DNA of 64,000 nt from positions 256,001-320,000 of the forward strand of contig CAWKBC010000032.1 in NCBI GenBank assembly GCA_963847705.1, in the 5' to 3' direction. Within the stretch, counting starts at the first letter, position 1; each line of letters begins with the position of its first letter. This DNA is from an uncultured Pseudomonadota bacterium. Its GTDB lineage: Bacteria; Myxococcota_A; Polyangia; Fen-1088. A program made the translations under genes and the position numbers. Under the pieces are notes generated by a model. It had not been told where the DNA came from. It was given only the letters and a program-made list of their open reading frames with translations, and ran no database searches. Positions 16,105-26,119 of this stretch are shown here, in pieces.

Positions 16105-18552
16105 TCAGCTGTCTGCCCTCGAACCTTGAGCCGCGTCAGCAAGATGGCGACGCTCGAGGCGCCTCCGACGTCGCAGCCCGGCCACCCCGCCGGAGGCCAT
16201 CAGGGCCCAGAGCACGAGCTGGCCCGGCCGCCCCCGCCCCGAAAGCTCGCATCCGCAGCCATCGCCGCTGGGAGGCAGGAGCGAGGCCGCGTCTTGGGAA
16301 CCGTCGCTGCCGCCGTGGCCGCTTGCACCGTCGCCCCGACCGGCGTCGGGCATTGTGGCGACCGACGCATCGGCGACCACCCCGGCGTCCGGCCCGGCGG
16401 CGTCGGTCCCGGCCCCGTCGGGGCCGAGGCCCGCGTCGCCCGGCGCCGGCGGCGGCGTGGGCAGGCCAAAAATTGTCGGATCGGCGAACAGGATCCAGGT
16501 CCGTTGCGCGTCGACGTCGGTGATGGCGTGCTTGGCCGCGATGGCGGCCTCGCCGAGCGAGGTGTGGGTCAAGCGCGCGACGAACGCCTGGTCGAGAACC
16601 CCCTGCTGGTCGAACGAGGTGAGCGTCGAGGAGGCCCAGACGGCGACGGCGCCGCCGGCGGGCGCCTTGGTGAGCGTCTCGGCCAGGCTCTCGGTGTACA
16701 CGTCCTGAAAAAAACCGTTCAGGCAGTTCATGCTGACGTAGATGGAGAGGGGGGCGTTGGTGAGCGCCGCGGCGTCGCTGCCCGAGAAGAGGCCATCCCA
16801 CACCGAGACCGATCCGTGGCCCATGTAGTTGACCAGGAACGGCCCGGCATCGAGCAGCGGAAGCAGGGCCGCCTCCGTCGAGCTCGGCTGGCTGAGAAAA
16901 AAATTGCTGGTCGGCATCGAGCCGGCGACCGACGCCGCGCTCGCCTGACTGTCCTCCTCGAACGAGAGGCCGGTCTCATCGGCGTCCGCGATGAAGAGCC
17001 CGCCCTGCGGCAGGTCGGCGGCGCCGCCGTAGCCCAGGATCTTCCCCACCACCGTCGACGCCTCCGAGGCCGTGCGGACCGAGAGTCGTCCGATGGCGAT
17101 GTCCTCGACGCCGTCGGCGTCCCAGTCGACGAACCAGCCATCGGAGGCGGTCTCCATCTGCTGCGTGTCGACGAGCTTGGTGGGGGCGAAGTCGAAGTCC
17201 CCCTGCCCCAGGAAGTTGCGCGGATCGAAGGAGGCGTCGCCGACCAGCAGCACGAACCGCGGCGCCGGCGTCCAGCTGCCGTGAACCGCCTGCAGAAAAT
17301 CGCGCACCGCGAAGGGCGTCTTGTCGCCGGCGCCGAACTCGTCGTACACGTCCTGCAGGTCGACCAGCTGCACCGACCAGCCCTGCTGCCGCCGCGCCGT
17401 CACCAGCGGCGCCAGCGCGTCGATGAAGAGAGCGTTCGAGAGGATCACCATCTCGCCGGCGCGCGGGTCCGTCCAGCGGGACGGCCGGCTGGCGGTGACC
17501 GACGAGGGCGCCACGACGGCGGCGCCGGTGAAGGCGTACAGCGCCGGCCAGGAGGTCTCCCCCGGTGTGTTCACCGTGACGGTGGTGCTCGACCCGGCGG
17601 TGACCACGCTGGTCACGAGCTCGATCGGGCTGGTCGGATCGGTCACGTCCATCACCCGCACGTCGGACGACGAGAACCCCGCGATGGCGATCGGCGTGGC
17701 GGGCGGCGCGGTCAGGTTGAGCGCGTTCCCGTCGGCGACGAACAGGTGCTGGTAGTCGATCTCCACGCTGGCCACCAGCGACTCGTCGGGAGAATCCCCC
17801 TCCCCGACCAGCAGAACGTCGTTGGCCCCCTCGCGCACGCTGACCGGCGAGAGCGCGCAGGTCTGGGAGTCCTGCCCGGCGAACGCGCAGACGCCGACCG
17901 GCTGGCCGTCGAGCGAGATCGCCACCTGGTGGTCTCCGGCCGTGACCCCCTGCAGGACGACCTGCAGCCCGGCCGGCTGCGCCCCGTCGAGGTGAGTGAC
18001 CGACACCGACTCGGTCACGCCGGCGGGGCCGACGACGTCGCCGAAGAAGTTGCTGGCTTCGCCGTTCTTCAGCGCCGCGAAGTAGTTGGTTCGCTGGCGC
18101 AGCACCGCGGCACCTGGAAAATCCTGGGGCGCCGCTCCGCTGGCCGGATACGCCGAGAGGGGGACGCGTTTGCCGGCCGTCCCCGGTCCGACGACCAGCC
18201 AGTAGGTGCGCGCCCCCGTCCAGAGCGTATCGCGCCCCTGGCCGTAGAACTCGATCGCCTCGCCGCTGTCGAACACCGCGTCGCCGTTGCCGGTGATCGA
18301 CAGCGCCTGTTCGACGCCGTCGGCGAAGAGCTGGAGCTGCGCCGGGTCGACCCCTGGAGCGAGCCCGGCCGCGACCAGGGCCGGCTGCGAGACGTGTTGC
18401 CACCCCGTCGAGGTCACCACCAGCTTGACGGCGGGCATCGCGGCCAGCTCCAGCTGGCTCGGCGCGCCCGGGCTGGCCGCAAATGCCGCGGGCGTCGCTG
18501 GCAGGCCGAACGCGCCGAACGCGCCGGCCACGACGAGAGACCAGCGCGCCAT
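16105..18552 (-). CDS. Peptidase C25 (gingipain-like) domain protein with signal peptide and MYXO-CTERM tail
   Basis: VYDEFG, FVLLVGDA, IAIGRL, YMGHGS (His), SMNCLNG (Cys), ILFADP; C-terminal GCGC-TM-RRRRR. Confidence 0.88.
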   Translation of the reverse strand: MARWSLVVAGAFGAFGLPATPAAFAASPGAPSQLELAAMPAVKLVVTSTGWQHVSQPALVAAGLAPGVDPAQLQLFADGVEQALSITGNGDAVFDSGEAIEFYGQGRDTLWTGARTYWLVVGPGTAGKRVPLSAYPASGAAPQDFPGAAVLRQRTNYFAALKNGEASNFFGDVVGPAGVTESVSVTHLDGAQPAGLQVVLQGVTAGDHQVAISLDGQPVGVCAFAGQDSQTCALSPVSVREGANDVLLVGEGDSPDESLVASVEIDYQHLFVADGNALNLTAPPATPIAIAGFSSSDVRVMDVTDPTSPIELVTSVVTAGSSTTVTVNTPGETSWPALYAFTGAAVVAPSSVTASRPSRWTDPRAGEMVILSNALFIDALAPLVTARRQQGWSVQLVDLQDVYDEFGAGDKTPFAVRDFLQAVHGSWTPAPRFVLLVGDASFDPRNFLGQGDFDFAPTKLVDTQQMETASDGWFVDWDADGVEDIAIGRLSVRTASEASTVVGKILGYGGAADLPQGGLFIADADETGLSFEEDSQASAASVAGSMPTSNFFLSQPSSTEAALLPLLDAGPFLVNYMGHGSVSVWDGLFSGSDAAALTNAPLSIYVSMNCLNGFFQDVYTESLAETLTKAPAGGAVAVWASSTLTSFDQQGVLDQAFVARLTHTSLGEAAIAAKHAITDVDAQRTWILFADPTIFGLPTPPPAPGDAGLGPDGAGTDAAGPDAGVVADASVATMPDAGRGDGASGHGGSDGSQDAASLLPPSGDGCGCELSGRGRPGQLVLWALMASGGVAGLRRRRRLERRHLADAAQGSRADS

Positions 18553-18649
18553 GCGTTCCCCACATCGGGAGTCCCCTGACGGACTAAAGATGCGAATTCG
18601 GTCACCAACCGCTAAGGCCAGGCGGCAGCTCGACCGATTTCGGGTGAAG

Positions 18650-21600
18650 ATGACTCGGAGGAGAGCTCTGTTCGGCGTCTCGGGGGGAGTCCTGGCGCTC
18701 GCCATCGCCTGGCCGGCCGCCGTCCAGGCCGCCGCCTGCGCCACCACCGCCTGCGGTTCCGCCACCAGCGTGACCTACAACGGCGCGGCCTTGACCTTTG
18801 CCGGCGCTTCGACGAACGGGACGGTGCGCAGCGAGCTCTGGTACCTGGTCGCGCCGACGAGCGGCGTCCACAACGTGGTGGTCACCGCGCCCAACGCCGA
18901 CGCGGTCACCGCCACCTCGATGTCGTTCACCGGCGTCAACCAGACCACCCCCCTCGGCACCACGGTCTCGGCGATCGGCACCGGCACGACCACGTCGGTC
19001 TCCACCACCAGCGCGGTCGGCGAGCCGCTGTTCGACGTCGTCGGCGCCGTCGGAACCACCCCACCGACCGTGGCCGGCGCGACCCAGACCGTTCGCCAGA
19101 CCAACACCACCGCGACCGGCCTCGACCAGGTGGTCCTCGGCTCCAGCACCGCGCCGGGCGCGGGCGCCACGTCGATCAGCATGTCCTGGACCATCCCCAG
19201 CGCCGACTGGGCCCAGATCGCGGTCCCCATCCAGGCCTCCACCGCACTGACCGCCGTCGCGGTGAGCGCTCTGACCGCGACGTTGCAGCCCGACGGCGTG
19301 CTGGTCCAGTGGAGCGATGGCTATGAGCCGTCGTCGCTGGGATTCTACGTCTACCGCAGCGACGGTACCGGAGGCCGCGTCCGGCTGAACGCCTCGGTCA
19401 TCGCCGGCGGCGCGCTCGGCACGGGAGCGTCGTCGTTCTCCTGGAAGGACGCCTCGGCGGGCTGGGACGGCGCGGTGTCGTACTGGGTCGAAGACGTCGG
19501 CCTCGACGGCTCGATGAGCTGGTACGGTCCGGTCACCCCACGACCCGCCGGCGCCATCGACGCAACGGGCGGCGCGGCCGCGAGCTCGTCCGGCGGCGCC
19601 GCCAGCAGCTGGTCCGGCGCGGGCGGCCAGGCGCCGGCAGAATCGGCCGGGGCGGGCGGGTGCACGGTCGCCGCGCGCGATCCGCGCAGCACGCTGCTGC
19701 AGCTGGTGCTGGCGCTCGGCCTGGTCGCCGGCGTGCGGCGGCGGAAGCGGCTCGCCGCGCTGGTCGTCCTCTACGCCCTGGCGGTCGCCGCCAGCGGGCT
19801 GCTTTCGCCCCGGACCGCCGCAGGCGCGGGCGGCGTCGCCGTCGACGCGACCGCCACCGGGTCGGGCGCCAGCGGATTGACCTTCTCGCACACGATGGGC
19901 GCCGGCGCGAACGGGCTCCTGATCGTGGGGGTGGTCGTCCCGATCACCTGCGACGACACCACGACCGACGGGGCCAACTGCGGGGCCTGCGGCACGACCT
20001 GCGCGCAGGATGTCGGAGCTTCGCTCGGCACGGGTCTGCTCGGCCTGTGGCGCTTCGACGAGGGGAGCGGCACCACCTCGGCCGACTCGTCCGGCAACGG
20101 CAACACGGCCACCCTCTTCAACAGCCCGAGCTGGACCACCGGTTACTCCGGCGACGCCGTCGAGGGGAACGGCACCAGCAGCTACGTCGCGGCCAACATC
20201 GGGACCTGGTTCGGGGCGAACAACACCCTGTCGGTCTCCGCCTGGACCTACGTCAACGCCAGCTCCAGCGGCCCGGTGGTCGGGATCGCCGGGACCAACG
20301 GCTGGAACATGCCATTCCTCAGCGTCAACGGCTCGACCGTCTACGGTTGGCTGTGGGGCGTGCCCGGAACCGACCCGGCCAGCAGCCCCCTCGCGGCGAC
20401 GGTCACCCTCGACGCCTGGCACTTCCTGGCCATCACCTACGATCCGAACGGTGGTGGCGCGGGGATCGGCCAGGAGATCTTCTACGTCGACGGCATGGTC
20501 TCCAGCTCGGCCACCGGGACCTACCAGCCGTCTGGAACGAGCGACGTCTTCACCACGCAGATCGCCGGCGCAAAGCCCAACGGAGGCGCCATGGACAGCG
20601 TCCTGCTCGGCAAGGTCGACGAGGTGCGCGCCTACAACCGGACTCTGAGCGCCGCAGACATCACCGCGCTCTACGGCGGGCGGCTCACCTGCGCGGCCAG
20701 CACCTGCGCGGCCTGCTCCGGGGGCCAGACCGCTTGCAGCGGCAGCTGTACCGACACGTCGACCGACATCGACAACTGCGGCGGCTGCGGACACGCCTGC
20801 AACATCGCCGGCGGCGAAACCTGCGTGGGGGGAACTTGCACCTGCACCACCGGCACCGACTGCAGTGGCGTCTGCTCCACCACCTCCAACGATCCCAACA
20901 ACTGCGGTGGCTGTGGCATCGCTTGCGGAATGCCGACCAGCGCCGCCATCGACAGCGGGCTCATCGGGCACTGGAACCTCGATGAGGGGTCCGGCACGAC
21001 CTCGGCCGATTCGTCGGGGAACGGCAACACGGCGACACTCTCCGGCGCGACCTGGACCACAGGCTACTCCGGCGACGCGGTCGCGGGTGACGGCAGCTCT
21101 ACCTACGTGAGCGCCAACCTGGGGAGCTATTTCGGCACCAACGCCGCCCTCACCGCCAGCGCCTGGGTCTACGCCACCGCGACCACCAACGGTCCTGTCT
21201 TCGGCGTCACCTCCATCCCGGCGGGCGGCGGCTGGAACATGCCCTTCCTCAGCATCGCCGGCTCAACCGCTTACGGATGGTTGTGGGGGGTCCCGGGGAT
21301 CGACGGCGGCTCGAGCCCGCTGGCCGCCACCGTCAGCCTCGACGCCTGGCACTTCCTGGCCATCACTTACACGCCGTCGGGAGGGTCAGGGACGGAGAGG
21401 TTCTACGTCGACGGCGCGCTGGCCGGCACCGCGACCGGCGCCTACCAGCCCTCGGGCCAGGTCGACACCTGGTCCACCACCATCCCCGGCGCCAGGCCAA
21501 GCGCCGTCACCAACAGCTTCCTCAACGGCAAGGTTGACGAGGTGCGCGCCTACAGCCGCGCGCTCAGCGCCGCCGAGATCTCGATCCTCTACAACGCCCG

Positions 21601-22657
21601 CCAGACCTGTTCGTCGTCGATCTGCGGCGGCTGCACCGGCGGCGAGTCGCTCTGTGGCGGCGATTGCACCGACAAGACCATCGACGCCAGCAACTGCGGC
21701 GCCTGCGGCACCAGCTGCAACATCTCCGGCGGTGAGAGCTGCATCTCCAGCAGCTGCGGCTGCGCCAGCGGCACCGACTGCAGCACCGTCTGCGTCGACA
21801 CCACCTCCGATCAGAACAACTGCGGCGGCTGCGGCGCCCCCTGCGGCGCTGTCACCTGCGCCTCCTGCGGCAGCGGGATGGCGGGCCTGTGGCACCTCGA
21901 CGAGGGCTCCGGGTCGACGTCGGCCGATTCATCCGGCAACAACCACACCGCCACGCTCAACAGCAGCCCCGGCTGGGTGACGGGCGAGGCGGGCAACGGG
22001 CTGGCGTTCAACGGCACCAGCTACATGACGGCCACGCTGGGAAGCTGGTTCGGCAACAACAACCCCCTCTCCGCCAGCGCCTGGGTCTTCGCCACCTCCA
22101 CCACGAACGGGCCGATCTTCGGCGTCACCGACACCCTGCCGGGGACGAACTGGAACATGCCTTTCCTGAGCATTGCCGGGTCGACCGTCTACGGCTGGCT
22201 CTGGTCGATGGCCAACAACAATCCCCTGTCGGCGACGGTCTCGCTGAACGCCTGGCACCTCCTCACGATCACCTACGATCCGAACGGAGGCGCCGCCGGC
22301 ACCGGCCAGGAGATCTTCTACGTCGACGGCGCGGTGTCGCAGTCCTCGGACATCACCTACTGGCCCTCGGGCAACAGCGACTTCCTCACCACGCAGATCC
22401 AAAACGCCAAGCCGAGCGGCGTGAACAACATTCTGACCGGCACCATCGACGAGCTCCGCGCCTATACCCGCGTCCTCTCGGCGGGTGAGATCGCGCTGCT
22501 CTACAACGCGCGTCAGACCTGCGTGGGCTCCGTCTGCACCGGCTGTCCGACGGGGACCACCAGCTGCGGCGGCGGCGTCTGCCAGAACACCGCCTGCGGT
22601 GCCTGCGGAAGTCCCTGCTCGGGCACCCAGCAGTGCGTCTCCGGCACCTGCATGTAG
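18650..22657 (+). CDS. Large surface protein: beta-sandwich domains, internal MYXO-CTERM-like hairpin, three LamG domains, NCGxCG Cys-rich repeats
   Basis: Signal peptide; three GxWxxDEGSG..WHFLAITY..FYVDG..DEVRAY LamG repeats; NCGxCG repeats between them. Confidence 0.85.
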   Translation: MTRRRALFGVSGGVLALAIAWPAAVQAAACATTACGSATSVTYNGAALTFAGASTNGTVRSELWYLVAPTSGVHNVVVTAPNADAVTATSMSFTGVNQTTPLGTTVSAIGTGTTTSVSTTSAVGEPLFDVVGAVGTTPPTVAGATQTVRQTNTTATGLDQVVLGSSTAPGAGATSISMSWTIPSADWAQIAVPIQASTALTAVAVSALTATLQPDGVLVQWSDGYEPSSLGFYVYRSDGTGGRVRLNASVIAGGALGTGASSFSWKDASAGWDGAVSYWVEDVGLDGSMSWYGPVTPRPAGAIDATGGAAASSSGGAASSWSGAGGQAPAESAGAGGCTVAARDPRSTLLQLVLALGLVAGVRRRKRLAALVVLYALAVAASGLLSPRTAAGAGGVAVDATATGSGASGLTFSHTMGAGANGLLIVGVVVPITCDDTTTDGANCGACGTTCAQDVGASLGTGLLGLWRFDEGSGTTSADSSGNGNTATLFNSPSWTTGYSGDAVEGNGTSSYVAANIGTWFGANNTLSVSAWTYVNASSSGPVVGIAGTNGWNMPFLSVNGSTVYGWLWGVPGTDPASSPLAATVTLDAWHFLAITYDPNGGGAGIGQEIFYVDGMVSSSATGTYQPSGTSDVFTTQIAGAKPNGGAMDSVLLGKVDEVRAYNRTLSAADITALYGGRLTCAASTCAACSGGQTACSGSCTDTSTDIDNCGGCGHACNIAGGETCVGGTCTCTTGTDCSGVCSTTSNDPNNCGGCGIACGMPTSAAIDSGLIGHWNLDEGSGTTSADSSGNGNTATLSGATWTTGYSGDAVAGDGSSTYVSANLGSYFGTNAALTASAWVYATATTNGPVFGVTSIPAGGGWNMPFLSIAGSTAYGWLWGVPGIDGGSSPLAATVSLDAWHFLAITYTPSGGSGTERFYVDGALAGTATGAYQPSGQVDTWSTTIPGARPSAVTNSFLNGKVDEVRAYSRALSAAEISILYNARQTCSSSICGGCTGGESLCGGDCTDKTIDASNCGACGTSCNISGGESCISSSCGCASGTDCSTVCVDTTSDQNNCGGCGAPCGAVTCASCGSGMAGLWHLDEGSGSTSADSSGNNHTATLNSSPGWVTGEAGNGLAFNGTSYMTATLGSWFGNNNPLSASAWVFATSTTNGPIFGVTDTLPGTNWNMPFLSIAGSTVYGWLWSMANNNPLSATVSLNAWHLLTITYDPNGGAAGTGQEIFYVDGAVSQSSDITYWPSGNSDFLTTQIQNAKPSGVNNILTGTIDELRAYTRVLSAGEIALLYNARQTCVGSVCTGCPTGTTSCGGGVCQNTACGACGSPCSGTQQCVSGTCM

Positions 22658-22697
22658 CGCCGGAGCGTCGCGCTTCAGAAGACGCAGCGCTTCGTCG

Positions 22698-25379
22698 ATG
22701 AGTCTGCAACAGATGCGCACCAATCTCAGGCTCACCAAAGGTCTCGCCTTGCTGGCGATGAGTGGCATGTTCCTGGTTGCCTGCGGCGACGCGTCCCCCG
22801 GAAGCTCGGGCGGCGCCGCCGGCGCCGGCGGTGCCCAGACAGGCGGCGCGGGTGGGTCAGGGACCGGCGGCACGACCGGGACGGGTGGGCTGGCCGGCGG
22901 CTCGGGAGGCGGCAGCGTCGGGACGGGCGGCGGCGGCGGCACGGGCGGGGGCGGCGGCGGCGGCACGGGCGGCGGCGTCGGCACGGGCGGCGGCGTCGGG
23001 TCGGGCGGCGGCGTCGGCACGGGCGGCGTGAGCGGTGCGGCCGGCAGCCAGGCGACCGGCGGCAGCGGCGGCGCGGCCGGGGGCGCGACGGGCGGAGGCA
23101 GCGGTGCTGGCGGTTCGGCGATGGCCGGCGCAGGCGGCGGAACCACGGACGCGGGGGCGGTCGACACCGGAATCGACGTCCCGCCCCCTCCCCCGGCGCC
23201 AGCGACGACCATTCCCACCACCCCGATCGACTTCGGAGCGATCGACTGCGGCGCGGCCGGCGGAACGCTTCCCTTCTCCTTCACCAACACGGGAACCGCC
23301 AGTCTCCATTACCGCGCCGCCATCGATCTGGGCGGCACCTTCTCGCTGCAGGGGGCCGCGGCCGACGGCTCCCTCACCGGCGACGTTGCCCCCGGCTCGA
23401 CCGCACAGCTGACGATCGTGGCCGGGATCATCCCGACGACCAGCGCCGTCGGCGCCGTCCTCACCGGAGCGTTGACGGTGGCGACCAACGCCGCCGGTGC
23501 CGACAACACGCAGATCGCCATCGCCATGACCGCCCAGGGAAGCACCTGCACGCTCACCTGTGGCGCGTTCACCAAGTGTACGCCCAGCAGCGCCTCTCCC
23601 TATTGCGCCAACACGGAGACCGACAACATCAACTGCGGCGCCTGCGGTCACACCTGCGGCACCGGTGAGGTCTGCACCAACGGCAGCTGCGAGCTCACCT
23701 GTGGCGCGCTCACCAAGTGCTCACCGTCGTCCGGCAGCGATTACTGCGCCAACACCACCACCGACAGCAACAACTGCGGTGCCTGCGGCAACGTCTGTGG
23801 CACGGGGCAAGTCTGCAGCGGCGGCGTCTGCACCCTCTCTTGCGGCGCGCTCACCAAGTGCTCGCCGTCGACGGGCGCCCCCTATTGCGCCAACACGCTG
23901 ACCGACAACGCCAACTGCGGCACCTGCGGCAACCCCTGCACCGGCGCCGACGTCTGCTCGAACGGCGTCTGTACGCTCACCTGCGGCGCGCTCACCACCT
24001 GCGCTCCCACCAGCGGCGCCCCCTACTGCGCCAACACGCTGACCGACAACGCCAACTGCGGCACCTGCGGCAATCCCTGCACCGGCGCCGACGTCTGCAC
24101 CAACGGCGTCTGCACCATCGCCTGCGGCGCGCTCTCGACCTGCACGCCGTCGAGCAGCGCCCCCTACTGCGCCAACTTCGCCACCGACAACGCCAACTGC
24201 GGCAGCTGCGGCAACGTCTGCGGCGCCGGCCAGGTCTGCAGCGGCGGCGGCTGCACGCTCACCTGCGGCGCGCTCTCGAAGTGCACCCCCACGAGCGGCA
24301 CCCCCTACTGCGCCAACTTCGCCACCGATACCGCCAACTGCGGCAGCTGCGGCAACGTCTGCGGCGCCGGCCAATCCTGCATGGGCGGCGTCTGCCAGGC
24401 CAACTGCTCGGGGAGCGAGACGGCCTGCGGCGGGTTGTGCACCAACACCTCGTTCGATCCGAGCAACTGCGGCGCCTGCGGCAACGGCTGTGCGTTCGCG
24501 CAGGGCTCCGCGGCCTGCGCCGGTGGGGGGTGCTTCCTCACCGCCTGCAACGCCGGCTACGCCGACTGCAACCACGCCCAGTCGGACGGCTGCGAGACCA
24601 ACACCGACAGCGACGCCGCCAACTGCGGCGCCTGCGGCAAGTCCTGCGCGCTCGGGGAGACCTGCGTCTCGGCCGTCTGCACCGCCAACCTCTCGCAAGG
24701 GCTCATCGGCTACTGGAAGATGGACGACGCCCCGGGCTCGACCAAGGCCGCCGACAGCGGCCCCAACAACCTCCCCGGGTTCGTCCAGGGGAACGTCACC
24801 TTCCTTCCCACGGCCGGCAAGCAAGGCTCGGGCGCGATCTCCCTGGCGGGCAGCGGCTACATCCGCGTCCCCTTCCCCAACAACGCCATCAACCAAGGGA
24901 CCGGCATCGCCATCCCGCAGGGAAACATGACCTTCTCGATGTGGTTCAAGACCAACACCACGGGCCCGGGCGGCTTGCAGGTCGTGGAGGGGAACGCAGC
25001 CTGGGGCTCGGGCTACGATCGCGTGGTGGGCAGCGGAACCGGCTCGACGTTGCAGTACAACGCTTGGCACGAGGTCAACATGACAGGGGTCGTGACCGTC
25101 AACGACGGCAACTGGCACCTCATGACCTACGTCCTCGACGAGTCGAACGGCTTCCTGACCTATATCGACGGCAGCCCCGACGCCAGCTCTTCGACGCTGA
25201 CCGACAATTGCGGCGAAGGGTGCAGCGGCTTCAACTGGGCCGCGGAGTACTGGATCGGCACCGGTGCCGACGGCCGTTTCAGCGCCGGCAACTTCAGTGG
25301 CCTCATCGACGACGTGCGCATGTACAACCACGTCCTTTCGCCGGCCGCGGTGATGCAGCTCTACAACGCCACCAAGTAG
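22698..25379 (+). CDS. Lipoprotein with Gly-rich linker, Ig-like domain, six 47-aa Cys-rich repeats and C-terminal LamG
   Basis: LVAC lipobox; FTNTG Ig-like motif; GYWKMDD..WHLMTY..IDDVRMYN LamG. Confidence 0.85.
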   Translation: MSLQQMRTNLRLTKGLALLAMSGMFLVACGDASPGSSGGAAGAGGAQTGGAGGSGTGGTTGTGGLAGGSGGGSVGTGGGGGTGGGGGGGTGGGVGTGGGVGSGGGVGTGGVSGAAGSQATGGSGGAAGGATGGGSGAGGSAMAGAGGGTTDAGAVDTGIDVPPPPPAPATTIPTTPIDFGAIDCGAAGGTLPFSFTNTGTASLHYRAAIDLGGTFSLQGAAADGSLTGDVAPGSTAQLTIVAGIIPTTSAVGAVLTGALTVATNAAGADNTQIAIAMTAQGSTCTLTCGAFTKCTPSSASPYCANTETDNINCGACGHTCGTGEVCTNGSCELTCGALTKCSPSSGSDYCANTTTDSNNCGACGNVCGTGQVCSGGVCTLSCGALTKCSPSTGAPYCANTLTDNANCGTCGNPCTGADVCSNGVCTLTCGALTTCAPTSGAPYCANTLTDNANCGTCGNPCTGADVCTNGVCTIACGALSTCTPSSSAPYCANFATDNANCGSCGNVCGAGQVCSGGGCTLTCGALSKCTPTSGTPYCANFATDTANCGSCGNVCGAGQSCMGGVCQANCSGSETACGGLCTNTSFDPSNCGACGNGCAFAQGSAACAGGGCFLTACNAGYADCNHAQSDGCETNTDSDAANCGACGKSCALGETCVSAVCTANLSQGLIGYWKMDDAPGSTKAADSGPNNLPGFVQGNVTFLPTAGKQGSGAISLAGSGYIRVPFPNNAINQGTGIAIPQGNMTFSMWFKTNTTGPGGLQVVEGNAAWGSGYDRVVGSGTGSTLQYNAWHEVNMTGVVTVNDGNWHLMTYVLDESNGFLTYIDGSPDASSSTLTDNCGEGCSGFNWAAEYWIGTGADGRFSAGNFSGLIDDVRMYNHVLSPAAVMQLYNATK
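23548..24395 (+). repeat. Intragenic 141-bp tandem repeat x6 (8 Cys per unit)
   Basis: CTLTCGALTKC..PYCANT.TDNANCG.CGN.C....VC units. Confidence 0.85.
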
Positions 25380-25503
25380 CCTCGAGGCGGAACAGCGCGC
25401 CTGTGCCAGCGGCGAAGCTGACAGTCCAGCTCTCTTCGCGCGCGCCCGGAGGGTCGTGTCCCTCGTCATAGGTGTGGGCGCCGCCTTGGACTAGTCTCAG
25501 GCG

Positions 25504-26064
25504 ATGAGATTACCTGCCGCTTTCGTTGCGTCGCTCGTCCTGGCCGTCACAGCTTGTGGCGGTTCATCGGGAGGTGGGAGCGCGACCGATGGTGGCAAGG
25601 ATCGCGCGGGCAACACGGGCGGTAGCTCCGGCGGCGGCCAACCAGGCCAGGGAGGCATTGCCGGCGCCGCGGGAAACTCCGGTCGCGGAGGAGCCGCGGG
25701 CGCCGCCGGCGGCAACGCGGGGCTGGGCGGAGCGGCTGGCGCAAGCGCCGGTGGTGCGGCCGGATCCGCCAACCTCGACGGTGGCGCGGCCGGCGCGGGC
25801 GGAGGCGCCGGGCAAGGTGGCGCCGGGCGCGACGGCGGCGCCGACGCGCGGGCAGACGGCGGCAACTGCCCCAGCCAGAATCCCGACCCCTGCCTCTGCG
25901 GACGCCCCGACGCGAACCCGGTCTCGGCGTCCGACTGCACGCGCGAGAAGGCCTGTCGCGCGGCCGGAGGCATCTGGGAGCCATACGTCGTCTACCTGGC
26001 CGAGGGCGGAGTGTACGGACCGCGCTGCCAGTCCGTCGACGGCGCCGCCTTCGACGCCCCCTGA
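25504..26064 (+). CDS. Gly-rich lipoprotein with small Cys-rich C-terminal domain
   Basis: LAVTAC lipobox; six Cys in the last 65 aa. Confidence 0.7.
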   Translation: MRLPAAFVASLVLAVTACGGSSGGGSATDGGKDRAGNTGGSSGGGQPGQGGIAGAAGNSGRGGAAGAAGGNAGLGGAAGASAGGAAGSANLDGGAAGAGGGAGQGGAGRDGGADARADGGNCPSQNPDPCLCGRPDANPVSASDCTREKACRAAGGIWEPYVVYLAEGGVYGPRCQSVDGAAFDAP

Positions 26065-26119
26065 GCCCGCGCTCGCCACTGCCAAACCGGACCTGACCGA
26101 GAGCCTCTCGATTTTAACG

